A stretch of 63,775 bases of DNA, counting the filler, from Olpidium bornovanus S191 (taxonomy: Eukaryota > Fungi > Olpidiomycota), in NCBI GenBank assembly GCA_017911155.1. It is 28 parts of 28 records of this genome, joined end to end, with 100 filler letters (N's around TTAATTAATTAA, not from the genome) between each part and the next. Parts side by side here need not be neighbours in the genome. Positions count along the whole stretch, not along the records: positions 32,963 to 36,460 come from JAEFCI010003395.1; positions 36,561 to 37,959 come from JAEFCI010000954.1; positions 38,060 to 39,830 come from JAEFCI010011457.1; positions 39,931 to 42,619 come from JAEFCI010003301.1; positions 42,720 to 44,264 come from JAEFCI010009934.1; positions 44,365 to 46,015 come from JAEFCI010006076.1; 22 more parts are not named here. The stretch is one strand, 5' to 3'. The notes below the pieces were generated by a model. It made no database searches. It was not told where the DNA came from and saw nothing but the letters and a program-made list of their open reading frames with translations. Both the position numbers and the translations under genes were made by a program. Positions 33,968-46,115 of the stretch are shown in pieces (positions within the stretch are counted from its first letter, which is position 1; each line of letters opens with the position of its first letter).

Positions 33968-35673
33968 TTATGATGGGCATTGCTGGGGCGGCGGCAAAGG
34001 TTTCGACTTTTTGGCAGGTTTGTCTTCGACCATGTCGATGTTGTTTTTTGGAACCTGGAAGCGGGGGATCGACACGATTGAATCAGATCCAGGCATCCGC
34101 CAACCAGAGCACCACCGGCATTTTAACAGCCGCAGCTGACTTGTTGCCGGGTCTGCAGAAACAACAACAGAAGCTGCCGCGTTAACCAAGAACGGCCAAA
34201 TTTTTTAAAAAAAAGGATACGAACCGCTGTCCAATTTTCCAAAATTAGGTCGAAAACCTCTTCCGAAACATCGCCCTGGATCACGATCTCGTCGAGGCCT
34301 TGGTTGTTCTTCGTTACGGACGCTCCGCAAGCGAACTTGTTGGCGAACAACTTCGCGCTCTTCTTTAAGTCCACGTCTGCGTTGGACAAGCAATGCGGTA
34401 GGCCCGGCACGACAGTAACAACTTTGGGTTAGCAGCGGTCAAATCCACAAAAAAAAAATACCGGAGAGCTTTTACAAGAAATGACCTTCAGCCTCCGTCG
34501 TTCCGATCGCACAGCAGCCACACGACAAAGACTCACCGAACACCTCTAGGCCGAAAACGCTGGTTATGACTTTCCGCTTATTCCGCTCCGAGCGCTTGAT
34601 TACCACTCGCGATCCCTACGCCAAGGGTTCAAATATCAAATCGACATTTGCATTCGGCAACAATTACGTCCCTCTCCAACACCAAGTAAGATTCCCTAGC
34701 GATGGAGAAAACAAACCAGCTTCTTCTTCTCTTCCCGCTCCTTCTTCGCCGCCTCCTTTGCGGCAAGTTTTTCTGACCACATAAATCCGGAAGGTCAAAA
34801 ATTGATATAGGTAACTGGTAGACAACACAGCTGTGAGACAGACGGCGTCTTCAGCCTAAACTCTCACCGATTTTCTTGTCGTCATTGACAGACATCTTCG
34901 CAACGCCTTCCTCAAGACCTACCGGACGAAGGCGCGTGAGCAGACCACGAGAGCTCGGCGGCCTCGACAGATGGCCGCAAGCGAACGTGCTTTGATGCGA
35001 TCCCGCACCTTCGCTGTACAATCGTTGGTAAGAGTCGGGGTGTTCTTCCTCCAACCATTTCTTGCATTTCTCTAGCGAGATTCCGAACTCGCAGTACTGA
35101 GAACACAAAGAAGCATCAGCGGACACCAATAACGAGCTTTAAACTGAATGCCACAAAGCAGTCGTTACCTCCGGGGGGAACCCACAAACTTCGATTCAAT
35201 TTTTAACGCAAATGATTCGGAGACGTCCAGCCGAGGGGAGAAGGCGAAGTCAGCTAGGCAAAGCCGAACCAATCCGTTCCAAATTCGACTTGACCAGATA
35301 GGAGGCATCCCAGGTGGGAACGGGAAATGTCTCCGCAAAGCGCGCGTCGCGATTCAACAGCGAGGGTCGCCCGCGAAAGAAGTGAACCGCACAGCGACGA
35401 GCCCCGCCGTTTTGATTTTCTTCGAAACAGCCAGAACGGCTGTGGCCCCTGATGCCTGGCTTGGTTCCGCGCGGCAGCTGCCCACATCCCCAAACGCCAG
35501 CTTTACACGCTGCGTGGCGTGCCAAGCGCGGCGTCGCACCCTCTGAGCGGCGCCCCGCGTGTCTGAGCCTTCCCGTCACTTGGTCGCTCTGTGGGATAGA
35601 CAAACCGGCCTTCACCTTTGCAGTAGAGCACTTCTTTGCGCAGCGGGGCCGGGGCCTGGTCGTCGGACGCCAT
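33968..35673 (-). CDS. TMA22: Density-regulated protein / translation machinery-associated protein 22
   Basis: KEVLYCK|VCGFPPE|YCEFG...KCKKWLEEEHPD | IKRSERNKRKVIT | DLKKSAKLFANKFACGASVTKN..G.DEIVIQGD (SUI1 domain). Includes a 20-nt microexon at 35169-35188. Confidence 0.92.
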
Positions 35674-35913
35674 CTTGGGCAGCGTTCGCAGGCGCGCGAA
35701 GGTCGGCCGGGTGCGCGGGCGCACTGGCGCCAAGCGGGCGTGCGGGACTCACGCCAAAGGCCCCAGAACCGCCCCAAGCGCCTGGAGCAGGCTAATTACG
35801 CACTTCAAATTTCAATGCTATTTGCCACACCACGGCGATTTCCGCTCTTTCGCAGATATCATAACGCCAGCGTCAACTTTAAGCTCGGGTCTGTACCCAT
35901 TTGAGGGCGGATT

Positions 35914-36460
35914 TGATGAAAGATAAAGCTGGACTTGAGGCTGGATTGGCTGCAGTGTTTTCTGCCCTTTTGTATTTCAGTAGTTACGAAGGCAAGGAAG
36001 AGGAAGAGGGGGTGGGGAGCTAAAGCTTTGTATCCGTCTGCTATCCCCCCTGAGGGCGTCCGTGCGGGACTTAACATGGAAGTGTGGGAGGAACATCTAC
36101 AACTGTACGCAATATGGACAATGTGACATAGTCATCCTTGTTCATGTGCAGTGCGGTTAACCCTATGATGCAACGCCGTTTATCACCAACCCCCCTCCGT
36201 GACGTTAACTCCACCAACGAGCTGGTGTGACTCGTCATCCGCTTTGCCTCAGCGCATCTGACCGCGCTCATCGCGTGGTCCCTTGGGGCTGTCATCTGGC
36301 ATCCTCTTGGATTGCGCCATCGTTCAGTGGAAGTAAACCCATGGCGCGGCGGTGGATCTCTTGTCGTTCGCGGGGCAACGCCTTCATCAACGCGCCGGCC
36401 GTCATCTTCTCGGGCGCGACCGCTTCTAGGCGCATCTCTCCGCGTTCTATCTGCTGTTGA
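35914..36460 (-). mobile_element. 3' end of Ty1/Copia element: RNase H C-terminus, PPT and candidate 3' LTR
   Basis: QQQIERGEMRLEAVAPEKMTAGALMKALPRERQEIHRRAMGL (36459-36292) is a degenerate ADxLTKAL motif. PPT GGAGGGGGG at 36198-36190. Candidate LTR runs from TGGTGATAAA (36188) to TTTCATCA (35914). Confidence 0.75.
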
Positions 36461-36610
36461 NNNNNNNNNNNNNNNNNNNNNNNNNNNNNNNNNNNNNNNN
36501 NNNNTTAATTAATTAANNNNNNNNNNNNNNNNNNNNNNNNNNNNNNNNNNNNNNNNNNNNGTGGCCCTTTGGAAGGGCCGGGGGGTGCGCGCTAGAATTG
36601 GACGCCATTG

Positions 36611-36643
<33 letters not shown>

Positions 36644-37011
36644 AACGAGGGGGGCGAAAACCGGGCTGCGCACTTTGGACGCCTTCTCGGAAAGACAAAT
36701 CGCAACCCTGCGCTCCACCAAGGACTCGATATCCTCGGCTTCGTCGCCACTAGGGCGGGTCTTTTTTTCACGCCTTACCAAACCGAATTTTGGTCAGCCG
36801 GGGGCTTGACATCCGGACGTTGGGGGTTAATGTTATACTTCTGCTAGGGTAGGGGATTGGCGGAAGAAACGTGTCGGTCCTGCATAAAATAACTGCGAAG
36901 TAGGTCGGTGTGCGGGAGATGAGCCGTGCGGTCGCTTGCGTGCTTTAGCCGGGCTCAAGCACGCCGGCTGCCGCACCGTCGGCGAATCTGACTTGTATAA
37001 TCTTAAGATGC

Positions 37012-37740
37012 GCGCATACTATAATTCAAGTACGCTCGGTTCCGTGTATTTGAAGCGAAACCGCGGAACAGGGAATGTGATACAGGGGATTGTAGAGAAA
37101 TGAAATGTGCCCCGGAAGCCAGCGCCGTTGTCCATAACATCGAAACTTCCGCTACCCGCAAAAATTTTGCCAAGATACAACCATACTTTGCCAAAAAAAA
37201 AAAAAAATCACGTTCCGCGCACAAAGTGCAAGAAACCGCCGGTCAATTTGGCTCTTGTGTTCATCATCGTGGGTGTTGGCACGAACGGCGGTATTTCTCC
37301 GATGGCCGTGTTGGGATCTGTACATTCCCATTGCAGGATCGCGGCTATCATAGGCGCGGCTTTGTCGGACGACTGGCGTCTCGTGCACTTGCGGCCGACG
37401 TGACACTGCCAACGATATGGGCCGTAACTTGATCATCTTACCTTTCCTGTCTTTCCGACCGCTTAACTTTTTTGGGTTCACGGTCTTTTACTAGCATCTG
37501 CAGCCGCATTGCAGCATATCGCCTGATCGCCGATGTGAATGTCACATAAATGCAAAGAAACATCGGGATAGCGACGCCATCTATTTGATTTGTCTTTCGG
37601 GACGTCGCGGCGCGCTGGTGTCCTGAAAGTTTACCTCTTCAAGCGTCGGCGACAGATATCGCAGATGATCCCCCTTGTGGGATTCGACGACGGATTCCGC
37701 AGACGATTGTGTAGGATTTGGCGACGGGTCCCCGGCTACG
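37012..37740 (-). CDS. Hypothetical spliced gene, 3' exons
   Basis: Short open segments with clean CAG|...|GTAA boundaries (EHRVAGDPSP...TLEE; MLVKDREPKKVKRSERQE; SQHGHRRNT...LCARN). No recognised family. Confidence 0.3.
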
Positions 37741-38059
37741 CGATGCTCTGAAGTAAAAGTTTTATTTTTTATTTTTGCTTGCAGATGCCGAGGCACCGAC
37801 ACCCCCCCCCCCCCCCCCCCCGCAGCGACAACGGACAATCATGTGACTCGCGGCGTGGCGTAGTCCCCTGAACTCTTCCCACCGCTGTACCCTATGCTCT
37901 CCATCCCCGAATTAATAAACAAAATTGGCACAACAAGTGGTCGCTAACAAGCCGTGTAANNNNNNNNNNNNNNNNNNNNNNNNNNNNNNNNNNNNNNNNN
38001 NNNTTAATTAATTAANNNNNNNNNNNNNNNNNNNNNNNNNNNNNNNNNNNNNNNNNNNN

Positions 38060-38123
<64 letters not shown>

Positions 38124-38139
38124 CGGGGGGGGGGGGGGG

Positions 38140-38181
<42 letters not shown>

Positions 38182-38298
38182 AAGAAAAAAAGAAAAAAAA
38201 AGAGTTAATCTACGGTGCGCATACTATGCGTGAGATAACTATTTTTGCGCACACAACACGAATCACAGCCAAACGTAGTCAAAAGCCCTCTTTTAAAC

Positions 38299-38319
38299 TT
38301 AGGGTTTGGGTTAGGGTTA
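38299..38319 (+). repeat. Short interstitial telomere-like repeat
   Basis: TTAGGG TTTGGG TTAGGG TTA. Confidence 0.4.
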
Positions 38320-38408
38320 TGGAGAGACCGCTACGGAGAGCTCAAAGCCGGTGTCGCGTTTGGCTTTCTGCATTTCTGCTTCTTTCTGCGTTTAGTGAGT
38401 CTTCGCGG

Positions 38409-38447
38409 TGTCTGCTTTCCTGTCTGCTTTCCTGTCTGCTTTCCTGT
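38409..38447 (+). repeat. 12-bp tandem repeat x3
   Basis: (TGTCTGCTTTCC)x3. Confidence 0.9.
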
Positions 38448-39201
38448 ATTTGGGTGCGGTGGCCTATAGACCTGCGGCGAGCCGCAGGTACGTGCAAAAT
38501 AATACGCTGCGCACATAACATCCTTCTTAGTCATTTATGGCACATTTCGAGGCAAAACTTTCGTCACCGGATCCACTTCGTTTTCCCCTGGTTTTGTGGC
38601 ACACTCCAGGTTGCATCTCAACACAGGGAACCGCTGGCTTTTTGGGGAATTTGCAGATGTTGGTTTACTTGGTAGGAACTCCGGCCGCCCCGGCGAGCCC
38701 GGAAAGAAACCTTTCGTCCCCGATGTCCCTTTCCCCCCCATCTCCCCCACTCCCTACCGCCCCCCCCCCTCCCCGCCTCAAAATAAGGGTCTCTCACATT
38801 CGGCGAGGGTTGAAACCAAAAAAAAAAAAAAAAAAAAAAAAAAAAACAAAATAAAGAAAACGCCCGAGCCGCTGGGGCGGCGGGGGGGGAGGGGAGGAGG
38901 GGGAATGGGCACCGCCGGCTCCTTTCTTTTTTTATATTGTGCGTAGGTTTTTGTACTCTAGTGATCTCTCGTGACAGAGAAATGCAAAGGGGTATATCGA
39001 AGATGTGAGGTGCGGGCCTTAGCCGCCTCTATGTATAATGACTTGCGGCGCCAAAACAAAAAAAAATGTGTGAGTGTGTGTGTTTGGGAGGCCGGGTGAG
39101 GGGGGAAACAGAGAGAGATAGAGAGAGAGAGAGAAAGAGAAAACGGTCGGGGAAAAAAAAAAAAAAAAAAAAAAAAACACAACCAAAAAAAAAAAAAAAA
39201 G

Positions 39202-39236
<35 letters not shown>

Positions 39237-39298
39237 AAAAAAAAAAAAAAAAAAAAAAAAAGAGAATCCGACGAAGAACATCGAGACACAAAGACTGG

Positions 39299-39733
39299 CT
39301 AAGACTTGACCGCCGGCGGCGGATTCGCCGTCGGCGGACGCAACGACTGGAAACCGGAGCGGAAAGCGGAGGGGTTCTGGGAAGCGGCGGCGGGTTGGCC
39401 GGCGGTCCAAGGAGTGGCAGACGAGTGGAGGAGCCGTTCCAAGTACCTCTTGCCGGCGGCGGCGGCTGCGGCGGCGGCGGCGCCGACGCCGGCCGAGCTC
39501 CCGGAGTCCAGGTCCGCCTCCTCGTCGCTCCAGTCGTCGTCGTGCCTCCATGTCGCCGCCGCCGGCGACGCCGTGACGTGCCGCCGGTCCCCCCGCCGGT
39601 CGAAGAACACCCGGCCCCCTCGTCCCACCCGCCGCCGGCCCACGGGCGGCCGGATCCGCTGGTCGACCGCGAATTCGTCGGGCGGCTTGCGGTACTGGTT
39701 CGACGGGTACGTGTGGACCGGCTCGTACGGCGC
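39299..39733 (-). CDS. EPL1: Enhancer of polycomb-like protein, last exon
   Basis: GRRRVGRGGRVFFDRR followed by WRHDDDWSDEE matches the EPC/Epl1 RRRxGRGGRxxxDR and W.xD.D motifs. CAG acceptor at 39734-39736; TAG at 39299. Confidence 0.75.
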   Translation of the reverse strand, partial: APYEPVHTYPSNQYRKPPDEFAVDQRIRPPVGRRRVGRGGRVFFDRRGDRRHVTASPAAATWRHDDDWSDEEADLDSGSSAGVGAAAAAAAAAGKRYLERLLHSSATPWTAGQPAAASQNPSAFRSGFQSLRPPTANPPPAVKS

Positions 39734-39776
39734 CTGGGAAGCGGGGGGGGGGGGGGGGGGGGGGGGGGGGGTGTTT

Positions 39777-39819
<43 letters not shown>

Positions 39820-40117
39820 TTGGGGGGGGANNNNNNNNNNNNNNNNNNNNNNNNNNNNNNNNNNNNNNNNNNNNTTAATTAATTAANNNNNNNNNNNNNN
39901 NNNNNNNNNNNNNNNNNNNNNNNNNNNNNNAAAGAAAAAAAAAAAAAAAATAAAGTAAAATAAAAAAATAAAAAGTAAAAAAAAAAAATAAATAAAATAA
40001 AAATAAAAAAAAACCCGAAGCCGGCCCCGCGCTGCGAGAAAAAGGGAGCGAGGGCGCCCACCCCCCGAACAAACTCCCGCGCGACGCCCCGCCGCGGCGA
40101 ACCGGAGGAAAAAGCAG

Positions 40118-40411
40118 ATGCTGTCCGCCGAGCAGCAGGAGATCCACGACTCGCTCGTGGACATCAGGAAGAGGCTCAGATCGTACCTGAAGCTCAGATC
40201 GGCCGCCGGGACCCCGTCCTCGTCGTCCTCGACCCTCTCGACGTCCACCACTCCGACCTCCACAACGCCGACCGGCCCGCTGGAAGCCGAGGCCGGGAGC
40301 ACCGCGGCGGCTGGCGGCGGCACCTCCGTGCCAGTTCCGGGAGCTTCTTCCCTTTTCGCTGCAACCCCTTCGGCCGGGAGCCTCCTTTCGCCCCTGAACG
40401 CCAACCCGACT

Positions 40412-40482
<71 letters not shown>

Positions 40483-42538
40483 CCTACACCACCACCTACA
40501 CCATCTTCCCCCATCGCACCAGACCCACGAGAAGGAGCACGACCTGTTCGTGAAGCTATGCGACGAGGTGGAGAACTGCGCCCTCGCTCTGTGCAAGGAG
40601 CGCGAGGAGCACGGTGATGACCGGTGGGACACCGACGGCGAGGAGAAGCTTGACGCCCTCTTTGACGACGTGTACCACGTCCTAAGTCTGCACCGGAAGG
40701 TCGTCAAGGACGCACCCGCCACCTGCTACGTGCAGCTGACGACCATGAAGGTTCGCAGGAGCGTTTCGAACGCCGCAAACGGTGCCCGCTGACCCAAGTC
40801 GTCGCGTCAAGGCGGCCGCTAACCCCCCGCCTCCGCCGAACTCGCTCGCGCACAGCAATGCCTCGAGCAGGTCGACTCGACGGGAATCTTCACCCTGAAG
40901 GACCTCGAGCCGTACGACACGCGTCTTGCCGACCTCGAACAGCTGGTGCAATGCGAGAAGGCGTTGGACGAACGAGGCCATCCTCAAAAGGGCCAGCAGA
41001 TGCTGATCGCACGGAAGTTGGAGCAGTGTAGTGAGTATTTCGAGTGCGTGCTGGTCCGCTCAGGCGGTTATTCCCTCGCATTCGGGCGGGGCGTTTAGCC
41101 AGGGCCGGTTGGCAAAACGCGAGTTCCTGTGGTTCTCTTGTCTGGTAACGAGTGTCAACGGTCGATGCTCTTTTCCCGGCCACCACTGCAAACCGGCTCC
41201 CCGTAGAGGTCATCCTGGAGGAGATCCGAAACTGCATCGACGGGGTGTCGGAATGCCTGCTGCCGATAAAGAACCGTTTGATCGCCGTCAAACGCAACTT
41301 GGAATCGATCGCGTCGCAGCGGACCGTGCGAGCTTCCGAAATCACGCCGCTGCAGGAAGAGCTTCGCGCTATTGATGCTCTCCGAGTGGACAACACATGG
41401 AAAGCTCCCGACGGCTCCATACCCCCGGGGCAGGCCCACATTCAAGGGCTACTGGAACAGGTACTTGTGCTCGAGGGGTATAGCTTGTTTACCTTTCGTC
41501 GCAAATGTTGATGCCATACTCCTGTCGCACTGTCGTCCTTGATCCGGCTGCTTAGCTATACGAGGAGTGCCACGATTTGCTGGCTCGAACAGATCCCTTG
41601 ACGGATAAGTCCATTCGACCGATATACGAGAAGCTTGTGGACATCAAGTCTCGGTTGCACCGCCTCAGCTTGACTCACCGCTGGACAATGAGGGAGAATG
41701 ACATTTAGTGCGTGAGAAGCAGATATACCGCACGCGCTCGGGATCGTAGCTGAAACTGCTTTTTTTTTTCTCTTTGCCTTTGGAAACCGCGGACTGTCAG
41801 CTACTACATGGGCCAGCTGCAGAAAATTGATCTGATGCGCCAAGACGGAACTTTCCGAAGGTCCGACGGGTCCGTCGCAGAAGGACAGGTGTGATCGACC
41901 GGATCAAATGCTGGCGCCAGCGCGTTCTGTTATGCACCCGGTTTTTGCCGATTCCGGGCAAAACTCATCTGATAATATGCGCCCTGTCCTGCTCGCGCCC
42001 AAAACGTCCTGGCGGGGGAAAAACAAAAAAATGCTTTCAGGCCATTCTAAACACGCTTCTCAACAGGTCGTATAACCTGGTGCACAAGCTCCTGAGCAGC
42101 TCTACGCCGGTAGCCGAGCCGCTCATCGCCGTCCACAACCAGCTGCTAACCATCCGGAAGTGCCTGCAGGAGGTAACGCGGTACGGCGGCCCGTACACAG
42201 GTGAGTTTAAACGTGTTTTCCGTTTTGGCTTGTAATCGACGATGTCTATCAGACGTGTTGGCTTGCGTCACAGACGGCATTTTTGTTCCTCGCCGTCTAT
42301 TCCGCCCCCCCTCCCTCACACCCGCTTTCATGACCACTAATTGGTGGTTTCAATTCGGTCCAGTTATGGACGTCTATCCTTTTCAGATGAAATTGGCGTC
42401 AATAGGTGAGGATCTGGTGCGCTGTCGAACTTTCACGGCGTGGCGGTTGCGTGTGGACCGTTTTTGAAACTTACAATTCTCGTCGCTACCACAGATAACA
42501 TGCGGAAGGATGGCAAGTTCTTGGATGAAGATGGTAAG
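40118..42538 (+). CDS. CUB1: DUF2408 / YPL260W (Cub1)-like fungal protein, 3' truncated
   Basis: Repeated units LQEELRAIDALRVDNTW...DGSIPPGQA / LTHRWTMRE.D / QKIDLMRQDGTF...EGQAIL / YPFQMKLASIDNMRKDGKF. Confidence 0.88.
40412..40480 (+). repeat. (CAG)23 coding polyglutamine
   Basis: Pure CAG run in frame in the first CUB1-like exon. Confidence 0.95.
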
Positions 42539-43349
42539 GTCCGTTACGCAAACGACCGGAATCCGCTTGATAAGACACAGGGCGGAAACGAACGTGGTCC
42601 GCTAACCCTTGTTCGTGGCNNNNNNNNNNNNNNNNNNNNNNNNNNNNNNNNNNNNNNNNNNNNTTAATTAATTAANNNNNNNNNNNNNNNNNNNNNNNNN
42701 NNNNNNNNNNNNNNNNNNNCAGGTTGAGCTCTCGGAACCATCGATCAGCGGTCGGCGGCGGATTTGTCGGGTTGAGCTTCGGCGCGGTCGGCGACGAGCT
42801 GCTACGACGAGTTGGTCGGGTTAGTCGGCGGCGCCCATGGTCGGTGGACGCCTTCAATTTTAGGTTTCGCGAGGGTCGACCAGGCGACGCGCGAGTAGAG
42901 CGGGTCAAGCTGGATGGTCGACACCCCAAATTGTCAATGATGAGGCTTAAACAAGAGGGTCCGGCGGCAGATACAGTATGTGGGTTTCCCGACGGTAGTC
43001 GCGAAGGCCAACGGTTGTCGAGAAAGACAATGGCTTGGCCGTGCGGGTTCGGGCCGCTGGCGCGGCCACCCCGTGACACGTAAGGGCGAAGCTGTCGGGT
43101 CGGTTTTTGCGCGGTCCGTCCGGCCAATGGGGAGTTGACCCGATTTCCAGAACACCCGCGTTGTCGACGAGGGGCGCGTGCCGGGCCGAGGTAATACCGA
43201 AGACGCCCGTTGAAGAGGATGATGATGATGAGGGGTTGGAAGGGGAAAACGCGCGCAGGCACGCCCCCGCCGCGCAGCAGCGCGCGTTTTCGAAAAGGAG
43301 AAAAAAAAATTGGGGGGAAGGGACACGCTTTCGACGCGTAACAACCACG

Positions 43350-44264
<915 letters not shown>

Positions 44265-44364
44265 NNNNNNNNNNNNNNNNNNNNNNNNNNNNNNNNNNNN
44301 NNNNNNNNTTAATTAATTAANNNNNNNNNNNNNNNNNNNNNNNNNNNNNNNNNNNNNNNNNNNN

Positions 44365-45030
44365 CATGAGCAAGCGCTGTTCGCATATTAGCCCTGATCA
44401 ATTTTCCTTTTCAATGGACGCAATGGAAATCCACTGGACTTGGAGAACACGATTCCGCTGGTGTCCGATCTGCGGGAAATTGGACGTGAGGGGTTTTTAA
44501 GGCCTATGGAAAGTTGACTAAGTGATGCGACTGGCGGCGACAAAAGAGGAGCCACCTTTTGAAAGGGAATGGAGAAGGGGGGGGGATGTGGGCCGGGGAT
44601 TTATGTTCACGTTTTTTCCCAAAAGTAAATTTCTATTATTCACTTTGTTTCCCGGTCGCACGAACATGGGACCGCTCCCACCTTACCATCCGCTTGCACC
44701 CAATCACCCGCTTTACAAGCGTGGACACCAAAAGACAGCTCTCGCTTCCCACCTCCACACCCGCTGCGTGCGCTCTGCCCGCTAAAGGAAACTGACGAAG
44801 ACCTCGATTTCAGCCCGAGATCAGTAGTCCGTTTAGTCCCTTCCCTTCCGACTACCAGGTTGCGTGGCCGCCTGCTGTTCACAGCGCAGACGCATCCCGG
44901 CTCCCCGAGAAGTGTTGTAATGCGTTGGGAGATTGTTTCCTGCTCGACCGTCACGTCGATTCTCCCGTCGAGCATATTTGCGTTAGTTTGCTCAATTTAT
45001 TACTTCATCAATTCATCAATGGCTGTCTCA
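44365..45030 (+). mobile_element. Possible 3' end of a Gypsy-like element (decayed integrase tail, PPT, LTR start)
   Basis: Stop-interrupted segment LFAY*P*S, then purine tract GGAGAAGGGGGGGGGA (44571-44586) directly followed by TGT at 44587. Candidate CA ends at 44759 or 45030. Confidence 0.35.
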
Positions 45031-46115
45031 CGTGTGTAGCCGCCCGGCCCCGCAGGTAAAGACGGTGAACAAAACCATCGCTTGAGATACAACGCGGACG
45101 CACGAAATACCCCGACCGCTAACCCGAATCCGCGCGGTCTTTTGAGCGCGACGTCGACGCCCCGCCGCGGGGATACTGACATCTGGTTGATCAAGAGCGC
45201 GAGCGCCGCGCCGCCGCGGATTGTTCGTCGCGCGCTTGGCCAAGGTCCTCGTGCCGTCGAGGAGCCCTTCGGTTAGCCGATGGACAATTCGTTCGTGCGA
45301 GTGTTTGGACCGTCGTTCTCGGTTAACCGCTATTCACATATGCTCCCTGCGAGCTGGCCCCAACTGCCGAACCCTTTTCTGCGAGCCGCGCCGGCTGGGG
45401 AGTCCCACCGAAGCCGTCCTGCAGCGTGCGCGCACTCGAGCGGCCTGTTCCCTCTCACCCCCCGAGCTTCCCGGGTAGGGAGAAGCGTGTCAGTCTCACT
45501 ATGGGCTGCCCCGGTTTTCGCGGAACCCAGAGTTCCAGGTTCGGGAAGATGCGTACACTGTGATACGGCGCTGCCTGTCAACCGTTGCACGCACTCAAGC
45601 GCGTTCTGACTTACCGGGACTGCCTGTCTGCAGATAGGAGTGTCGCGTCACCAGCACGTTCCCACTCACCCCGGTTGCAGGGAAGCCCGTCCCGCTTCTG
45701 GAATCTTGAAGTTTAAATGCGGAACAAACAGTTCAACCTATATGACGCCATCTTCTATAAAATTGCGCGGACATTACGCTAGTGCAGAAGTAAATATTAT
45801 TTATCCATAAAACCATGGAGTTGGAGAATTCCTTCGTTGCCGGCATACGCGTCTTTTTTCGCCTCAGACGGCGGGCAGACCGCGCGGGCCGCGCGAAAAC
45901 GCAAAGCAAAACGCCCCTCCTGCAAACAGCCGCTCACTTTCGTCCCCTCGGGTACAAATTGAAGGATCTGGGCTTCATGAAACAAAAGCCACGCGCGTAC
46001 CGGCTGATGGGGGGGNNNNNNNNNNNNNNNNNNNNNNNNNNNNNNNNNNNNNNNNNNNNTTAATTAATTAANNNNNNNNNNNNNNNNNNNNNNNNNNNNN
46101 NNNNNNNNNNNNNNN

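Noticed and set aside
38958-39302. Poly-Phe/Lys/Gly/Pro ORFs here and at 9205-9719, 26522-27062, 29241-30205, 59959-60374 and elsewhere
   Set aside because: Translations of homopolymer and microsatellite tracts in introns and intergenic DNA.
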